Of a stretch of 64,000 nt of DNA, positions 11,569 through 22,360 are shown piece after piece (positions within the stretch are counted from its first letter, which is position 1; each line of letters begins with the position of its first letter). A model generated the notes under the pieces. It was not told where the DNA came from and searched no databases. It saw only the letters and a program-made list of their open reading frames with translations. Source of the DNA: Chiloscyllium plagiosum (Eukaryota); the NCBI RefSeq assembly GCF_004010195.1, contig NC_057718.1, positions 101,730,112 to 101,794,111 of the forward strand, written 5' to 3'. The translations under genes and the position numbers were made by a program.

Positions 11569-12914
11569 GAAAGTGAGGACCACAGATGCTGGAGATCAGA
11601 GTCTAGAGTGTAGTGCTGGTAAAGCAGAGCAGGTCAGGCAGCATCAGAGGAGCAGGAGAATCAACATTTTGGGCATACACCTCAACACTGTCCTGTCCCC
11701 CTTAGTCCAGGAACTCCCCACCTATGTTCATGACACCACCCATGCCCTTCACCTCCTCCAACATTTCTATTTCTCCAGCCTCCAACGCCTCGTCTTCACC
11801 AAGTACATCCAGTCCATGTACATCGGCACCACCCCCACCTGTTCCTCCGCTACATCAATGACTGTATTGGCACCACTTCGTGCTCCCATGTGGAGGTTGA
11901 ACAGTTCATCAACTTTACCAACACCTTCCACCCCAACCTTAAATTCACCTGGACCATCTCGGAAACCTCCCTCCCCTTCCTGGACCTTTCCATCACTGTC
12001 TCTGGCAACTGACTAGCAACAGACATATATAGTACAAGCATACCGACTCCCACAGCTACTTAGACTACATCTCCTCCCACCCTACCTCCTGTAAAAACAT
12101 CATCCCTTATGTCTAATTCCTCTGTCGCATCTGTTTCCAGGATAACCAATTCCACCTCAAAATCCCAGATTGCCTCCTTCCATGAGCGCAAAGTGGTTGA
12201 CGATGCCCTCCACTGCATCTCCTCCATTTCACGCACCACTGCCCTTGAATCCCCACCCCTAAAAACTGTGCTCACACCACTCCCCTCACCTCCATCCAAG
12301 GCCCCAAGGGATCCTTCCACCTCCGTCGGAAATTTATCTGTACCTCTATCAATGTCATCTACTGCATCCGTTGCACCCGGTGTGGTCTCCTCTACATCAG
12401 GGAAACAGGACGCCTTCTTGTGGATCGTTTCAGAGAACATCTCTGGGACACCCACATCGACCAACCCCACCGCCCCATGGCTGAACACTTCAACTCCCCC
12501 TCCCACTCAGTCAAGGACATGCAGGTCCTGGGCCTCCTCCATCGCCAAACCATTAACACCCGACACCTGGAGGAGGAACGCCTCATATTCCACCTTGGGA
12601 CCCTGCAACCACATGGGATAAATGTGGATTTCAACAGCTTCCTCATTTCCCGGACCCCCACATTATCCCAGGCCCAAGCCTCTTACTCGCCCTCCGGACC
12701 TGTCCATCACTCCCCCCTCTGACCTATTACCTTCTCCCTCACCTTCATCCACCTATCGCTTTCTCAGCTACCTTCCTCCAAACCCCACCCCCTCCCATTT
12801 ATCTCTCAGCCCCGACCCACAAGCCTCATTCCTGATGAAGGGCTTATGCCTGAAATGTTGATTCTCCTGTTCCTCAGATACTGCCTGACCTGCTGTGCTT
12901 TTCCAGCACTATAC
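11569..12914 (+). mobile_element. Penelope-like retroelement (RT + GIY-YIG remnants), inverted pLTR termini, 16-bp TSD
   Basis: Frameshifted RT motifs (FLRYINDCIG, PFLDLSI, YLDYISSHP) and endonuclease motifs (NVIYCIRCTRCGLLYI, DRFREHL, HFNSPSHS, LEEERLIFHLGTLQPHGIN); tagcatatgctttgga at 11553-11568 and 12915-12930. Confidence 0.9.
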
Positions 12915-13623
12915 TAGCATATGCTTTGGACAGGAACTTGGAGGTGCTATCAAAGAAGCCTTGGTGACTTGCTGTCAAGCATCTCAGACATCACCCACTG
13001 CAGCAATGTTGTAATCTGGTGGAGAGTTGATGCATAAGGTGGTCAGACAGGAGCAGTCAAGTGATCCTTTAGTTCTCTACTGAATATCTCTAATGTTGGT
13101 TCGACTTTTGCAAGTCATAATGATTTAAGAATAAAAATGTTCTTCCAACCTGCATTTCTCAGAGGTAACATTCTACATCACTCTACTCACTGCACAAACT
13201 ATCGATCACTCCCATGTTCCATGTAATAACTTGCAGGAACAACAGTTCATGCATTAATGAACAAGCTCCCACTGGAGACGGCTGTTTTTTGTACTCAACA
13301 GGGCCATCATCAAATTGGGAAGTAATTGGAAGCAGTGAGGGGACATGACAAAGTATCTGTGGGAATAACATTTATTCCCATAAGTTTTCAGACAGCTCAA
13401 AAAGTGTGATAATAGGAAGTAAACTTGCTTGGTGCCCTTGGTAGGTGAGTTGTTTGAAACATTTGCTGCTGACACCAACAATCTGTGCAGCAATGTTTCT
13501 ATTGATCCCCTGAGAACAGTGAATCTTATTTCCAAACATCTGAAATGTTGTTCCTTCATAAATGAAGCTTTTAGTTCTTATGCAAAGAAGGAACAGAATG
13601 GCAGCAGCTGTTCAGCTTAACGT

Positions 13624-13629
13624 TTTATT
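13624..13629 (-). terminator. Candidate polyadenylation signal AATAAA for KIF16B
   Basis: Plus-strand tttatt at the distal edge of the repeat-poor block. Alternative tttatt sites occur near 14323 and 16356. Confidence 0.4.
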
Positions 13630-14750
13630 TGAGGTCAGTGAGTTTACAAATAGCAGTTTTAAACACTATAAAAACACACAGAGAAAGTGCTTTCACCGCA
13701 GTTATAAATTATAAATGATTATACAATTAGGTGCATAATCAGGCTGAGATTTGCATTATTTATGCTTATATACACGATATAATAGATCATCTTGAATGAT
13801 ACAGGACCCTCAATAAATTCCCATAGTCACTAAAAAAATACTTTAAAAAAACGTACTCATTTTTCCATTTACAATATTTATATTGTTTTCTTGTTCCTTT
13901 TCAGTCTACCCGGTAGCCAAGTACAAACATTAGAACCAGCCTAAAATCAGGAACATAACTGGTTTAATGAACTTAATGATTGTCACAACTATATTATAAA
14001 TGTAAAACTTGTAAACCAGAAACTGTTTAGTGTAGCTCTCTTCACATGAAAGTTACTAAAAAGTAGTAATGACCATTATTCATTAATCCTGGTTTACAGA
14101 AGCTAAGTAATCTACACAACAGAAACCACAAATCCCATACAGTAAACATTTTGCATTCATAACGTGGTGAAAAGATGTACTATAACAATACTGGATTGTT
14201 TCTACCAGCTCTCTGCAATCAGGTTACCTGAAAAATTAATGAAAAAGATGACTATTTTCCTATTTAATAGAAGTTCATGAGACAATATGGTGTGAAATGC
14301 CTTTGGTGTGGCTGGGATTACTTTTATTGCACATTACACACAGATCAAATTTCAACCTTTTTAAAAAAAATCCATCTTGGACTAAACTTATTCAAGCTTT
14401 CCCATGCAATAGGAGCTGCATTTCCAAGCAGGAAGTAAGGTGAAATTGTGCTTTGGTACATAGTAATGTATTGAGTAATAATGTTGTGTCTTTCTAACTG
14501 TCCAGCCGCCACATAGTAACTTTGGCTCTCTCCTATGCTCTTTACCATGCAGCTATGAGTGCTATTGCACAGCAGAATTATTCACATGTGGGAATTTTAA
14601 TAAGTTGAGATGACCAATTGTAAATCTTTGATTAATGATAACTCATAATGGGAAGCCGAGGAAGTGATTATATTTGAAACAAGTGAAAAACTGAAAAGTT
14701 AATACACACACCTATTCAGCTTTGAGCAGTGAAAATACAAGTCTGAATTT

Positions 14751-14958
14751 AAAGCAGAAATTGCTGGAAAAGCTCAGCAGGTCCAGCAGCATCTGTGCAG
14801 AGAAATCAGAGTTAATGTTTCAGATCCAGTGACCCTTCCTCAAACTGGCGGTTCATTAATTCTGATTTCTCTCCACAGATGCTGCCAGACCAGCTGAGCT
14901 TTTCCGGCAATTTCTGTTTTGTTTCTGATTTGCAGCATCCGCAGTTCTATTGGTTTTT
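14751..14958. repeat. Fold-back pLTR-derived element inside the putative 3' UTR
   Basis: aaagcagaaattgctggaaaagctcagcaggtc...aatcagagttaatg and cattaattctgatttctc...gctgagcttttccggcaatttctgtttt are ~68-bp imperfect inverted arms. Confidence 0.8.
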
Positions 14959-17683
14959 ATAAAAATTTGATGGTGCACTGAAGAAAAAGATTATCATGAA
15001 TATAGCAAACGTTTTTAAATATATTGCATGCTACAGAATGAAAATGTAACTGAATGATTTAAAACTTTGGTATCCTGTCTCCAATGTGTCTCTAATAGTT
15101 TCTTCAAGTTACTATAATTGGTAGTTCAGTAACATCTACATTTAACTGGGGATTTTGACAATCACGGTTTCATTTAACCAACGGCTACCTCCCAAATACG
15201 TGATAATGTTACTGAACAAAAATACAAATAAACCAAGAGAATGGTTGTAACAACAATAGATGTGCTCAACAGAACTTCATTCTACAATGATGGGTGATTC
15301 GACACCAATTCCTAATGCTGCATAGTTATATAAAATGTAATGTTAACACCTTTCTTTTTATCCCCAGTATTTCTTGCTGTAGTTCATTTCTGCCCAAGCC
15401 TGCACTGATAGAGAAGTCAGCTCAGATTTCCTAGGACCTCTCATGCTAATACCGAGTCACAGCTCATCCTGAAGGGCGAGTGGAGTGTTACAGTTACATC
15501 ATCACAAAGGTCAGCAGTCTCAGCAAGTGTCAAAGGTTGAACACAAAGCGTCTTGTGACATTTCACACCGGAGGCACTGTATCAATGCAAATTCTTGACT
15601 GCAGTAAGCTGTGCATTTAAATATTGGAAGTGGAAACAAGCCAAAAATTGACCTCTTGCTCTTTGACGTGCCGGTCAATTTTGCTTTCTTATGACTTGCA
15701 AACAAATTACAAATTAATCATTCTGCTGTGTTGCTGACAGAACTCTATTTAATTTCTGCATGAAACACAGAGTTCTGCTTCTTGAGTTTGAACTGGACTG
15801 CAAAATTAGAGCCTGTTCATATTAACAGGACAATAACATTTGGCACCGACATTAAATGGGTGCATTTGCCCAATTTTTGGAACTACAAAGTTTTTAGTTG
15901 AAGACCTAGTTTTTACAACAAATGACTATTCCATTGTTTAAGTTAGCTATTAAATCAGTTGGGGTATTCTTTTGGTTAAAATAGCACCACTTTGTATATA
16001 AGTGAAAAGAACAACAATTTTTAAATTATTTTGTTTACTAGTCTGCAAAATTAAAAATAGGAGTAGAAATTTGCATCAGGTGATGCAGAATGAAGAGGCA
16101 TATCAGACTGCCTGTTATATGCAATATCTGAAAACCTGTTTCAGAGATGTTACAACACACCTCTGGGGGAGGTGGGACTTAAACTCAGACCTCCTGGCTC
16201 AGAGGTGGGACACTGCCACTTTACCCATGAGACAGCCAAGATCTTGTTGCATTGTCAAAAGTGGAACAGGTATCAGGTGCTGAGTGTAATGGGCAACTGA
16301 TTCAGTATCATCTATTCTCTGCCACAGTCCAGGACAAATTTCCAACCCACCACTTTTTATTTTGCCCATTGTCAGTTCCAAATCTCATTTGAAATTTCAT
16401 AAGACTAAGTGATTTTAAGGAAGGCATCCCTCTAAAAGTGTAACAAACACCTTTAAAAAGGCATCAATTAAAAGATGCTGGGATGCTTCAGATGTGCATT
16501 TACAGGTGAATAAAAATGTTTGTGTGGCATTGATTCACAATATTCCCATGTGATTTCCCAAAACAGTGGATACAATTTTAGCAGTAATCTGTTGTAGCCA
16601 TGACGTCCATATATAGGGAGCCAATTTCCCCACGTGTTAGGTGACTATTGTTCAAATTCAGAAGAGTTATAGTTTGTAAATTGGTCAGTGTAAGCAGCAT
16701 TATGATATTCAGACTAGATTAAATAATTATACATTCGCAGGGTACTATAAGTAGTTAGGGCAACTGTACAGTAGCTGTACTGTACATATACATTATTACT
16801 GTACTTTATAAGCACCTTTACTAGATCAATAAGCCTGTTCTCAAATGGGCCTATAATCTGTTAAAATCTTTAAACACCATTTCCATGTGTTCAAAAACAT
16901 CAGAATAAACTAAAAATGTAAAGGTCAAGACTAACCATGTTCTAAGAAGAGTACTCTTAACGTGAACTGATTATAACCACAGTATTTAGTTAATGGTTCA
17001 TGTTGGAATAGCTGATGAAAAAAGATATGTATTCAGTAGGAATGGGTCTTTTGTTAAAACACTTGTGTTCCAATTTGTGCATCAGTGAGATGAACTAGGC
17101 TTTTAAAAAAAAATCTACTTTTGCTTGTTAGTCTGCAAAAATTAGAAAGTCAGTAGTGCAGGTGGTGATGCCGAATGAGGAAGTGTCATTGTCATATGCA
17201 ATGTCAAAGATCCTGTTCTATTGTCTGCAGTGGAACAGGGAAAGGTGCTGAGTATAAGAGGCAGCCAATTCAATACCATCCATTCTCTGCCACAGCCCAT
17301 TGTCAGCCATTTTAACCATTGTTACTAATCTAGATAAACAGAGTTTGGCTTGTGCCAAGCAGCACTGCAATTATCAATTGCTTCCTACTGGCTTGATGAA
17401 ATGTAAGCTTTTACTTCTAATTGGAGAATTTTACTCAATGGACTACAAATCAAAATTATTTTTAAACATTAAAAAGAGCTTATTCACTATACATATTTTT
17501 ATACAACAAATGGTGGTGCTTTACAATGTAAACATAAGACATGAGATACCTTTCATAATGAAACCGCCGAACAGTAGATGATTCGCTTCCTTGCTTCAAA
17601 AATCTAGTCTGGTGTTGAGAAGGCACTGTTTTTGGTCCTGATATTTTTAAAAAGGGGTAAAATCTTTTGGTTATCTTACACAG

Positions 17684-17842
17684 CTACCCAGTGCCGTGAC
17701 TGCTGAAGTCAAAAACTCCTTTCCTGAAGAAAGGTGTAAACTCACACAGACTGTGCTTCGACAATATAAAGTCCTTGCTGTGTGGGTTTATTGGTGAAGT
17801 TGGAGACTTTAGCATCAACGTGAGGAAGTTCCTGAGGTATCT
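17684..17842 (-). CDS. KIF16B: KIF16B terminal coding exon including stop codon
   Basis: ...ctgtttctcttttag|AGATAC...GGG TAG; 159 bp; RYLRNFLTLMLKSPTSPINPHSKDFILSKHSLCEFTPFFRKGVFDFSSHGTG*, the characteristic KIF16B C-terminus (CEFxPFFxKGVFDxSSHGTG). Confidence 0.97.
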   Translation of the reverse strand, partial: RYLRNFLTLMLKSPTSPINPHSKDFILSKHSLCEFTPFFRKGVFDFSSHGTG

Positions 17843-17879
17843 CTAAAAGAGAAACAGAATAAACAGATTGAATCTGTAT

Positions 17880-18190
17880 CATAACTCTCAAAAGGTTTTG
17901 ATCAAGTCAACAGAGAGAAGTGGTTTCTTCTGTGAGGAGGGTCAGTAACATTGGCAAAGCAATGAGAGGAAGAGATATTTGTTTACACAGTGAGCAGTAA
18001 GCAGGATCTGGAAAGGGGATGGGAGGTAGCGCAAGCAGATGCAATAATAACTTTCAAAAATCAATTTGATGTATATCCTGAAGGGAAGCATTTATAGGCT
18101 GTAGTGGAAGACAGAGGAATTGGAGCAATTAAATTCCAAACAGTTAGCACAAGATATATTGATCTGAATGTGTTGTATTATTTTCTGATT
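17880..18190 (+). mobile_element. Very old CR1 3' fragment
   Basis: aaaggttttgatcaagtcaacagagagaagtggtttc...tttacacagtgag...aactttcaaaaatcaatttgat. Confidence 0.55.
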
Positions 18191-19172
18191 ATATTGTGGG
18201 TTTACTAAATGGATAATTTCTAACTTAGTGACATAGGAACAAGAGGTGACCATTTAAAGCCTTTAGCTTGTCTGCCATTATTCAAAGAGATCATGGTAAA
18301 TCTGTGATTTAACTTCATATTCTCTGATACCCATAAATAACAATATTGAGTATTTTGTCGACCAAAAGTTGATAGAGAGGGACCGGTTATTGATGCTTTC
18401 TGCCTTGCAATCATCAGGACAAACAAAAGAAAGCAAAATTTCAAACAGAGCAAAGGCTTTGCTGCAAGAGAATAAACACGGTTTATTGGTTGGCAAGTCA
18501 ACTCTGACTGGTCAAGGCAATACCCAGGAGAATGTGCCAGGCAACTCCTGTCCTCCATGTTTTGGTTCAATTCAAAGAAATCACAATGCCTGGACGTGCT
18601 CCTTCTTCCTACAGAGGAAGGGTTCCAAAGTTTGATTAAACAGTTTCTAGCAAATGTAAGTGAGCCACATTGAAAACCAGATTCATAATCTTAAATCCGT
18701 TTTTAATGTAAAACTTGGCAAAGTCAGGACTGTTCAGTACCTCTTGTCAAATTTTTGAAAATGGTAGACATTATGTTCTGAGCTTTACAAGCGCAGGGTG
18801 TTTGGATATAGTCAGCACCCTACTCATTACAAACAGCCAAATGAATGTTTTACTTGTCACGTTCCACCAGACAGTGGGACAGATAGCCGAAGGACCTCTC
18901 ATCACTCTGGCACAGAAATTCACATACCACATTACTCACTTGTGTGGTAGGCAGAATGACTTTTTGACTTGAAGGCAGCATCCTGTTAGTGGAAACACCA
19001 CTTGTTACTGGATAGTAATAGTTTGAAAATACTAGTTTCATGTGGTGTTGAAATGTTTTAAGATACCTGACTCTTCTAGGTTAATTTGAGATACACTTTG
19101 CAAGTCTGAATGTGCCAGCCTCAATCTTGTTTGTAAGCGGGTGCGATACATAATGAGCTGCGACCTGAAGGG

Positions 19173-19310
19173 CTCTGAAGAAGTTATACCAGATTCAAAA
19201 CATTAACTGTTTTTCTCTCTCTGCAGATCCTGCCAGACCTGATGGGTTTCTCCAGCATTTTCTGATTTTATTTCAGATTTCCCACATCTGCAGTATTTTG
19301 CTTTTATACA
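19173..19310 (+). repeat. Penelope-like pLTR fragment (similar copies ~22800-22912, 43176-43280, 44195-44320(-), 51522-51635)
   Basis: ctctgaagaagttataccagattcaaaacattaactg...ctgccagacctgatgggtttctccagcatttt...catctgcagtattttgctttt. Confidence 0.6.
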
Positions 19311-19601
19311 AGTAGTGATCTGATCAGTGACATCATTATCTTAAATGATGGTATTGTATCCTAATTTAAACATCCATACATACCAGCTCACTCTTGCCTG
19401 CATCCCAACTTGCAACAAGTTCTGTTCGCCCAACCCCTATGGTCTTTGATCTACAGACAGGTTACTTCTGTTGTTTTTCTGTGCTTACTGAAAACAATTG
19501 GTAATGCTTTTTGAGTTGGACTGTAGCAGTGTTCAATGTTGACTAGAGTAATTTGAACTTTAAAAAAGGGTTGTTACATTTGGATAAAACCTAAACAATA
19601 C

Positions 19602-19685
19602 CTCCAAGTGGCATCGTCTCTCAGCAATCACTCTTTCATCTCGGTTACCAAACAGCTTTTTGGGAGGGAATTCTAGACCGCCAAT
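19602..19685 (-). CDS. KIF16B: KIF16B penultimate coding exon, PX domain PPK loop
   Basis: ...ccttacattttccag|ATTGGC...TTGGAG|gtattg; 84 bp, phase 0; IGGLEFPPKKLFGNRDERVIAERRCHLE. Confidence 0.96.
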
Positions 19686-19714
19686 CTGGAAAATGTAAGG
19701 AACAACGTCAGTCT

Positions 19715-20928
19715 TAGAGTCATAGAGTCATGGAGACGTACAGCACAGAAACAGACCCTTCGGTCCAACTCGTCCATGCCAACCAAATATCCTAACCCAA
19801 TCTAGTCCCACTTGCCAGCACCCAGCCCATATCCCTCTAAATTGTTCCTAGTCATTTACCCATCCAGATGCCTTTTAAATGCTGCAATTGTACTAGCGTT
19901 CACCACTTCCACTGGCAGTTCAGTTCACACACACAAGACCTGCTGCATGAAAACGTTGTCCCTTAGGTCTCTTATATATCTTTCCCCTCTCACCCTAAAC
20001 CTATGCCCTCTAGTTCTGGACTCCCCGACCTCAGGGAAAAGACTTTGTCTATTTATCATATCCATGTCCCTCATGATTTTAGAAACCTCTATAAAGTTCA
20101 CCCCTCAGCCTTTGACGCTCCAGGGAAAATAGCCCCAGCCTATCCAACCTCTCCTTATAGCTCAAATCCTCCAACCCTGGCAATATCCTTGTATATCTTT
20201 TCTGAATCCTTTCAAGTTTCACAAAATCTTTCGATAGGAAGGAGACCACAATTGCACACAGTATTCCAAAAGTGGCCTAACCAATGTCCTGTACAGCCGC
20301 AACATGACCTCCCAACTCTTAGATTAGATTAGATTACTTACAGTATGGAAACAGGCCCTTCGGCCCAACAAGTCCACACCGACCCGCCGAAGCGTAACCC
20401 ACCCATACCCCTACATGTACCCCTTACCTAACACTACGGGCAATTTAGCACGGCCAATTCACCTGACCTGCACATCTTTTGGACTGTGGGAGGAAACCGG
20501 AGCACCCGGAGGAAACCCACGCAGACACGGGGAGAACGTGCAAACTCCACACAGTCAGTCGCCTGAGGCGGGAATTGAACCCGGGTCTCTGGCGCTGTGA
20601 GGCAACAGTGCTAACCACTGTGCCACCGTGCCGCCCCACGGTGGCACAGTGGTGGTCAGAGTATTGTACTCAATACTCTGACCAGTAAAGGAAAGCATAC
20701 CAAATGCCTTCTTCACTATCCTATCTACCTGCGACTCCACTTTCAAGGAGCTATGAACCTGCACTCCAAGGTCTCTTTGTTCAGCAACACTCCCCAGGAC
20801 CTTACCATTAAGTGTATAAGTCCTGCCAGGATTTGCTTTCCCAAAATGCAGCATTTCACATTTATCTGATTTAAACTCCATCTGCCACTTCTCAGCCCTT
20901 TGGCCCATCTGATCAAGATCTTGTTTGC
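19715..20928 (-). mobile_element. CR1 LINE 3' part with nested HE1
   Basis: ORF 20555..20908 AEKWQMEFKSDKCEMLHFGK...RDLGVQVHSSLKV; tail tagagtcatagagtca at 19715. Confidence 0.92.
20320..20636 (-). mobile_element. HE1 SINE, full length, nested in CR1
   Basis: (tagat)n tail at 20320; head ...gtgccaccgtgccgccc at 20636. Confidence 0.93.
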
Positions 20929-21079
20929 CAAAAATTAAGAAAGCATTAAAAAACTAAGGAAGCAATTGCAGACATCTGATGCAGGGTACAATATTCTCAC
21001 CCTATCATTCAGGGCACACTTGCATATGGTTTTTTTTCCCCCAAGATGGTGGGGCCAAGCCCAGGACCCAACTGCTCCT

Positions 21080-21595
21080 ATCGGCTTTCTCCTTCTTTCT
21101 GCCCATTTTTTGAAAAAAAATCTTTTTTCCTTCACTTTCTTTTAAGCCCACGGTGGCAGCGGCAACAACATCAAGATGAACCAGACACGACTCCGCTGCA
21201 GCCTGGGGTTTCCTGACGTGACGGTCTTTTCCTCAATGTGGAAGTCTCCTTTATTTTCAGTGTCCAGGTATTCCAGCAGGGGATCTCATCCAGGAGTCTT
21301 GGTCTTGGCTCAGCATGGTGGTCTGCTTTGGCGGTGGGCCCAGGCCTAAATCCAGTGGCCCAACATGGTGGTCTCATCCCAGGTGCAATGTCTGGTATTC
21401 CATTGTTCTTAAATCGGCCTTCCCCGAGCCCAGGAGCCGTTAACTGAACTGTGATAGACTTTGTCTTAATTTTACTTATTATTATTATATATGACTTCTA
21501 TCATTAATGTAAGTGCTGTGGTGGGGCGACTTGTAAAACTTTTCACTGGATCTTTCATGTAAAAGTACATGTGACAATCAATTTCCATTCAATTC
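21080..21595 (+). repeat. Unclassified non-autonomous retroposon-like repeat (GC-rich body, LINE-like tail)
   Basis: Ends aaacttttcactgg...gtacatgtgacaatcaatttccattcaattc, resembling L2/Rex1-type tails; body is CpG-rich relative to the flanks. Confidence 0.4.
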
Positions 21596-22041
21596 TGAAG
21601 ACAACAGATAAGTTGCAGAGATCAAAATAAGACTGAAATGGCTTGATTTTACCAACTGTAATTTGGAAAATGTGTGAATGGATCTTAACAGTATTTCCAA
21701 TAGAGGTGATTAAGAACAAAAATCTTAGGATTTTTCAAATCACTGTAGTTCAAATCCCAAATCATAATATTCAAACTAAAGAACAACAGAATCCACTAAA
21801 ATAGAGAAACTAAGACTTCTGGATAATGGCTATATTTTACTGCAACAAACTATTTTCTTTTTGTTTTCTAAACTATAGAAGGAGTATTTACGCTCACATA
21901 CTCGACAGAATGACAATCCATACAACAAATGGAACTGCTGTTAGCTTCTAATGGATTCACATATTTGACAGTTTCACCAAGTGGCTACATCAAGGCGCTA
22001 CCCTTAGATTTCAGAGAATTTCCCAAACACACAACCAGTAA

Positions 22042-22360
22042 CTCAGTGGTTAGCACTGCTGCCTCATAGCACCAGGGACCCAGGTTCGATTCCCACCTCA
22101 GGCGACTGTCTGTCTGGAGTTTGCACATTGTCCCCGTGTCTGCGTGGGTTTCCTCTGGGTGCTCCAGTTTCCTTCCATAATCCAAAGATGTGCAGGACAT
22201 GTGAATTGGTCATGCTAAACTGCTTATTTTGCTAGGTGCATTAGTCAGGGGGAAATATTGGGTAGGGGAATGGGTCTGAGTGGGTTACTCTTTGGAGGGT
22301 AAGTGTGGACTTGTTGGACCAAATGCCCTGTTTCCTATACTGTAGGGAATCGAATCTAAT
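22042..22360 (+). mobile_element. HE1-like SINE
   Basis: ctcagtggttagcactgctgcctc...gtggacttgttggaccaaatgccctgtttcc. Confidence 0.88.

Larger units (their letters stand above)
13605..17683 (-). other. KIF16B: Putative KIF16B 3' UTR (~4 kb; 3' end uncertain)
   Basis: Follows the stop codon; AT-rich and much poorer in young LINEs/SINEs than its flanks; ends near a minus-strand AATAAA. Extent is inferred. Confidence 0.5.
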
